NCBI GenBank assembly: GCA_035710305.1
Contig: DASTDQ010000725.1
Coordinates: 1-34,992 of the forward strand
DNA length: 34,992 nucleotides
Direction: 5' to 3'
DNA from: Vicinamibacterales bacterium
GTDB lineage: Bacteria > Acidobacteriota > Vicinamibacteria > Vicinamibacterales > UBA2999
A model generated the notes under the pieces. It had not been told where the DNA came from and ran no database searches. It worked only from the letters and a program-made list of their open reading frames with translations. A program made the translations under genes and the position numbers. This document shows positions 31,837 through 34,992 of the stretch, piece after piece. Each line of letters starts with the position of its first letter. The first letter of the stretch is position 1.

Positions 31837-34800
31837 TCAACCACGGTGGCGTGCTGCTCTGCCGCGTGCGATCGCAGAGAGCTTCTCTCGGCTGGCGGAC
31901 TTCGCCAGCGATTTCTGTTTGCCGCGATGACTCGCGTCGGTGCTGACGAGAATGTCGCCCACCGTCCTCGATTCAGCCTCACCGGAGCTCACCAGCGTCG
32001 TGATGGCCGCTTCCAGATAGCTCAAGATGTCGGAAATTTCTCCGTCGTCGAAGCGACGTGCGTCGTAGTTGACGCGGCACAAGACGGCCGGTCGCAAAGT
32101 CACGTCCAGCGTCAGCGCGTAGTGCGACGCGTCGTCGGCGTGCAGGTCGCGGATCACGAGAGCCGATTCTCCCTTCAGCGTGCCAACCGGGTGGTTCTTG
32201 AACACGAGGAGGCTTTCGAACAGGGGCTTGCCACGCGGCACGTCACTCCAGCCGTGCACGTCTACCAGTGAGGAGTATTCGTAGTCTCGTTGCCTGACCT
32301 GACCTGCCTGTATCGCCGTGAGCCATGGCACCACGCCGTCATCACGGTTCAGCCGTACGCGCAGCGGCAGTGTGTTGATGAAGAGCCCTACGATGGAATC
32401 CACCCCCTCGAGTTGGGGAGGACGCCCGGACACGGACACGCCGAACACGACGTCGTCGCTGCCGGAGATGCACGCCAGGACCAGCCCCCATGCTCCCTGG
32501 AGAACGGTGTTCAGCGTCACGTGGTGCCGCCGGGCGTAGTCGCGCAGCGCGTCGGTGGTCGACGACGGCAGCGGCAACGGCCGGCGTCGATAGGAACGCC
32601 CGGTCGCGGTCGATTCAGCCGCGGTCAGCGACCCGCCCACGGGAGTCGGAACGGTGAAGCCCGCCATCACGCCGCGCCAGTAGGACTCGGCTGCCGTCTG
32701 ACTCTGCCCGGCGTGCCAGGCGATGTAGTCGCGGAACGGGCGCGCCGGCGGCAGCTCGATCGCCTCACTCCGGCGGAATCCCTCGTACAGGCTCATGACC
32801 TCCTGGATGATCAAGGGGCCGGACCACCCATCCAGCAGCATGTGGCTGTAGCTCCAGACGAACTGGAACGTTCGCTCCCCGAGCCTCGCGAGCGTGACGC
32901 GCATGAGAGGGGCCTCGGTCAGGGCGAGGCCCCGATCGCGATCGGCTGCCAGAAGAGATGTCAGTTGCCTCTGCTGGTCAGTCTGCGCAAGCGATCGCCA
33001 ATCCTCCACGACCCAAGGCAGCGCGACCTGTCCGTGGACGATCTGGAGTGGCCTGTCGAGATTCTCGTAGCGGAAGGTCGTTCGCAATGCGGGATGCCGA
33101 TCGACGACCTGTTGCCAGGCCCGCTGAAATGCCTCGAGGTCCAGATCCCCCTCGAGCGTGCAACTGAGCTGCTCGAAGTAGCCTCCCGAATCACGATCGT
33201 AGAGCGAGTGGAACAGCAGACCCTGCTGAAGCGGCGACAGCGGATAGATGTCCTCGATTCGCGAGTCATCTCCCAGGAGCGTATCGAGCGTGCGCTGGTC
33301 CAGGTCGGCCAGCGGAAAGTCGGCGGGCGTCAGCTTGCCTGCCGCGGCCGAGGGACGCTGACGAATCAGCACACGCAGCGATTCGAGGAGGCCGGTCACG
33401 AGGGCCTGCGCGGTCTCGCGCCGATGTTTGCCGCCGAAGGTGAGTGAGACGGTCAGCTGATCCGCCGCAACGCCCGCCGCCAGCTCCATCAGGTGCGGGC
33501 GCGCGTTTGCGGGGGCGTGCGCCGGGCCGCGAGACTCGGCCGCCTGCGTGAACAACGATGAGCCGGGTTCGGCTTGATCGGCCGTCCCGAGATAAAGAAA
33601 CACGATCTCGGCGTGCGGCAGGCGTTCCAGCCGCGGGCCCGACTCCGGGCTGAGATAGCGGAGCAGGCCGAAATTCATTCCGTTATTCGGAACGGCTCGG
33701 AGCTGCTCTTTCACCGTCCTGATCGCGTCACCGGGTCGAGCGCCCGGCCTGATTTGCAGCGCCACGGGATAGATCGTCGTGAACCACCCGGCCGTACGAG
33801 ACACGTCGATCCCCTCGATGAACTCCTCGCGGCCGTGGCCCTCGAGCTCCAGGAGCAATGCCGACTGGCCACTCCACTTACAGAAGGCCTGCGTGGTGGC
33901 TGTCAGAAGCAGTTCATCGACGCGCGCGTTCCACGCTTTCCGTGCGTCGTCGAGCAGCAGCTGCGTCTCCGACGCGGTCAGGGACGACGAGACAGTGGCC
34001 TTCGACCCGTAGGTGTTCTCGCCATCCGGGACGTCTCGTGGCAACGGTTCCACGCCCGCCTCTCCCACCGACAGCCAGTACGGGAGCTCGCGAGCCACGG
34101 TCTCCGACCGGGCATGTTCGTTGAGGCGCGCCGACCAGTCCTTGAACGACACCGTCTTTGGCGGCAGCGTGACGTTTTCGCCCCGACCGAGCGCTTGATA
34201 GATCGCCTCGAAGTCCTCCAGCAGGAACCGCCAGGACAGGTTGTCCACGGCCAGGTGGTGAATGCACACGAGCCAGCGCCCGCGCCGCCCGGCACCCAGG
34301 TCGAAATGTGTGGCCTGCATGAGAGGGCCGCGCGACAGATCCAGCGCGCCCTGCGACTGCGCCGCGGCCGCCTCGATGGCGGCCGCCACCTCGCCATCCG
34401 GCACGGTACTCAGATCGACCTGACGCACGACGGCTTCGGCGCCCGGCTTGGCGACGATCTGCCGCCAACCCGACTCGTCCCGCGTGAAGCGCGCGCGAAG
34501 GGCGTCGTGATGCGCCTCGAGGCGCGTGAGCACGTCGCGTACGCGGGCCACGTCGAGCGGCTGGACTTCTTCCAGAAGAACGGATTGATTGAAGTGATGC
34601 GGCGCCGCGAACTGACGCTCGAAGAACCAGTGCTGGATCGGCGTCAACAGCACGGGGCCCGTGACCACGCCCTGCTCGGCCTCGATCCTCGAGGCGCCGG
34701 AGGCGACCGATGCCAGCTCCGCAATGGTCTGGTGCTGAAGGATGTGCTTGATCGAGAGCGCCAGGCCAGCCTGGTTGGCCTTGGCGACGACCTGAATGCC

Positions 34801-34992
34801 GCCCACCGAATCGCCACCAAGCTCGTAGTAGTTGTCGTGGATGCCGATCGGCTCGATGCCCAGCACGTCCTGCCAGATCCGGGTCAACGACCGTTCCGAA
34901 TCGCTGCGCGGCGCCTCGTATTCGGTCTGCAGTTCCGGCCGCGGGTGTGCCGAGGGCCTGGACCCTCGGGCGTCGGGCGCTGCCGCCTGCAC
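31837..34992 (-). CDS. NRPS-1, 5'-truncated by the window edge: ...T(GGDS)-E-C(DCL) followed by a basic tail
   Basis: The track ORF is open to the right edge. Domain evidence:
- T: YYELGGDSVGG.
- E: TPIQHWFF, CIHHLAVDNLSW, EGHGRE.
- E-C linker: ADFPLADLDQRTLDTLLGDDSRIEDIYPLSPLQQGLLFH.
- C: WSYSHMLLDGWS (first His replaced by Ser, second His kept).
- The protein ends with the Lys/Arg/Ser-rich tail ...SHRGKQKSLAKSASREKLSAIARGRAARHRG*. Confidence 0.93.
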   Translation of the reverse strand: MQAAAPDARGSRPSAHPRPELQTEYEAPRSDSERSLTRIWQDVLGIEPIGIHDNYYELGGDSVGGIQVVAKANQAGLALSIKHILQHQTIAELASVASGASRIEAEQGVVTGPVLLTPIQHWFFERQFAAPHHFNQSVLLEEVQPLDVARVRDVLTRLEAHHDALRARFTRDESGWRQIVAKPGAEAVVRQVDLSTVPDGEVAAAIEAAAAQSQGALDLSRGPLMQATHFDLGAGRRGRWLVCIHHLAVDNLSWRFLLEDFEAIYQALGRGENVTLPPKTVSFKDWSARLNEHARSETVARELPYWLSVGEAGVEPLPRDVPDGENTYGSKATVSSSLTASETQLLLDDARKAWNARVDELLLTATTQAFCKWSGQSALLLELEGHGREEFIEGIDVSRTAGWFTTIYPVALQIRPGARPGDAIRTVKEQLRAVPNNGMNFGLLRYLSPESGPRLERLPHAEIVFLYLGTADQAEPGSSLFTQAAESRGPAHAPANARPHLMELAAGVAADQLTVSLTFGGKHRRETAQALVTGLLESLRVLIRQRPSAAAGKLTPADFPLADLDQRTLDTLLGDDSRIEDIYPLSPLQQGLLFHSLYDRDSGGYFEQLSCTLEGDLDLEAFQRAWQQVVDRHPALRTTFRYENLDRPLQIVHGQVALPWVVEDWRSLAQTDQQRQLTSLLAADRDRGLALTEAPLMRVTLARLGERTFQFVWSYSHMLLDGWSGPLIIQEVMSLYEGFRRSEAIELPPARPFRDYIAWHAGQSQTAAESYWRGVMAGFTVPTPVGGSLTAAESTATGRSYRRRPLPLPSSTTDALRDYARRHHVTLNTVLQGAWGLVLACISGSDDVVFGVSVSGRPPQLEGVDSIVGLFINTLPLRVRLNRDDGVVPWLTAIQAGQVRQRDYEYSSLVDVHGWSDVPRGKPLFESLLVFKNHPVGTLKGESALVIRDLHADDASHYALTLDVTLRPAVLCRVNYDARRFDDGEISDILSYLEAAITTLVSSGEAESRTVGDILVSTDASHRGKQKSLAKSASREKLSAIARGRAARHRG

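Noticed and set aside
1-34992. Scan for tRNA/rRNA, CRISPR repeats, IS/transposase remnants, terminal inverted repeats, a TE domain, MbtH-like ORF, transporters and regulators.
   Set aside because: Nothing was seen. The window is filled end to end by eight co-directional genes, and no short-ORF translation shows MbtH-like or transposase-like motifs. These elements may lie outside the window.

Overview
High-GC window (roughly two-thirds G+C by eye, not computed). It is essentially one uninterrupted minus-strand operon: a non-ribosomal peptide synthetase (NRPS) assembly line cut at both window edges, with three non-NRPS genes wedged at inter-domain linkers.

Order in the direction of transcription (34992 -> 1):
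- NRPS-1 (5'-partial): ...T-E-C(DCL)
- NRPS-2: C*(His-less)-A(Asn code)-T-C
- asnB-like glutamine amidotransferase
- stand-alone A-T
- NRPS-3: C-C'-A(Thr code)-T-C-A(Gly code)-T-E
- 3-TM SGNH/GDSL hydrolase
- lipoprotein alpha/beta esterase
- NRPS-4 (3'-partial, at least 3708 codons): C(DCL)-A(Asn)-T-C-A(Gly)-T-C-A(Thr)-T-C''-A...

NRPS-4 is absent from the supplied ORF track because it has no stop codon inside the window. I recovered it by reading the reverse complement. Gene junctions are tight (-4 to 39 nt), which is consistent with one transcript and translational coupling. All long plus-strand ORFs are antisense shadow ORFs. I see no RNA genes, CRISPR, IS elements, TE domain, MbtH-like gene, transporter or regulator.

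Most interesting observations:
1. Two predicted extracytoplasmic serine hydrolases sit inside the synthetase operon at a split E|C linker. This could be a non-ClbP-type post-export maturation or self-protection step.
2. The asnB-like gene sits at the C|A linker of a module, next to a stand-alone A-T with an unassignable specificity code.
3. There are two surplus condensation-like domains: C* with no catalytic His, and the tandem C-C'.
4. A Gly-coded A domain is followed by an apparently intact E domain.
5. An E-type carrier protein (GGDS) is followed by a divergent C domain after a Thr module.

All domain-subtype and specificity calls come from motifs I read directly plus remembered signatures. 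No database search was possible.
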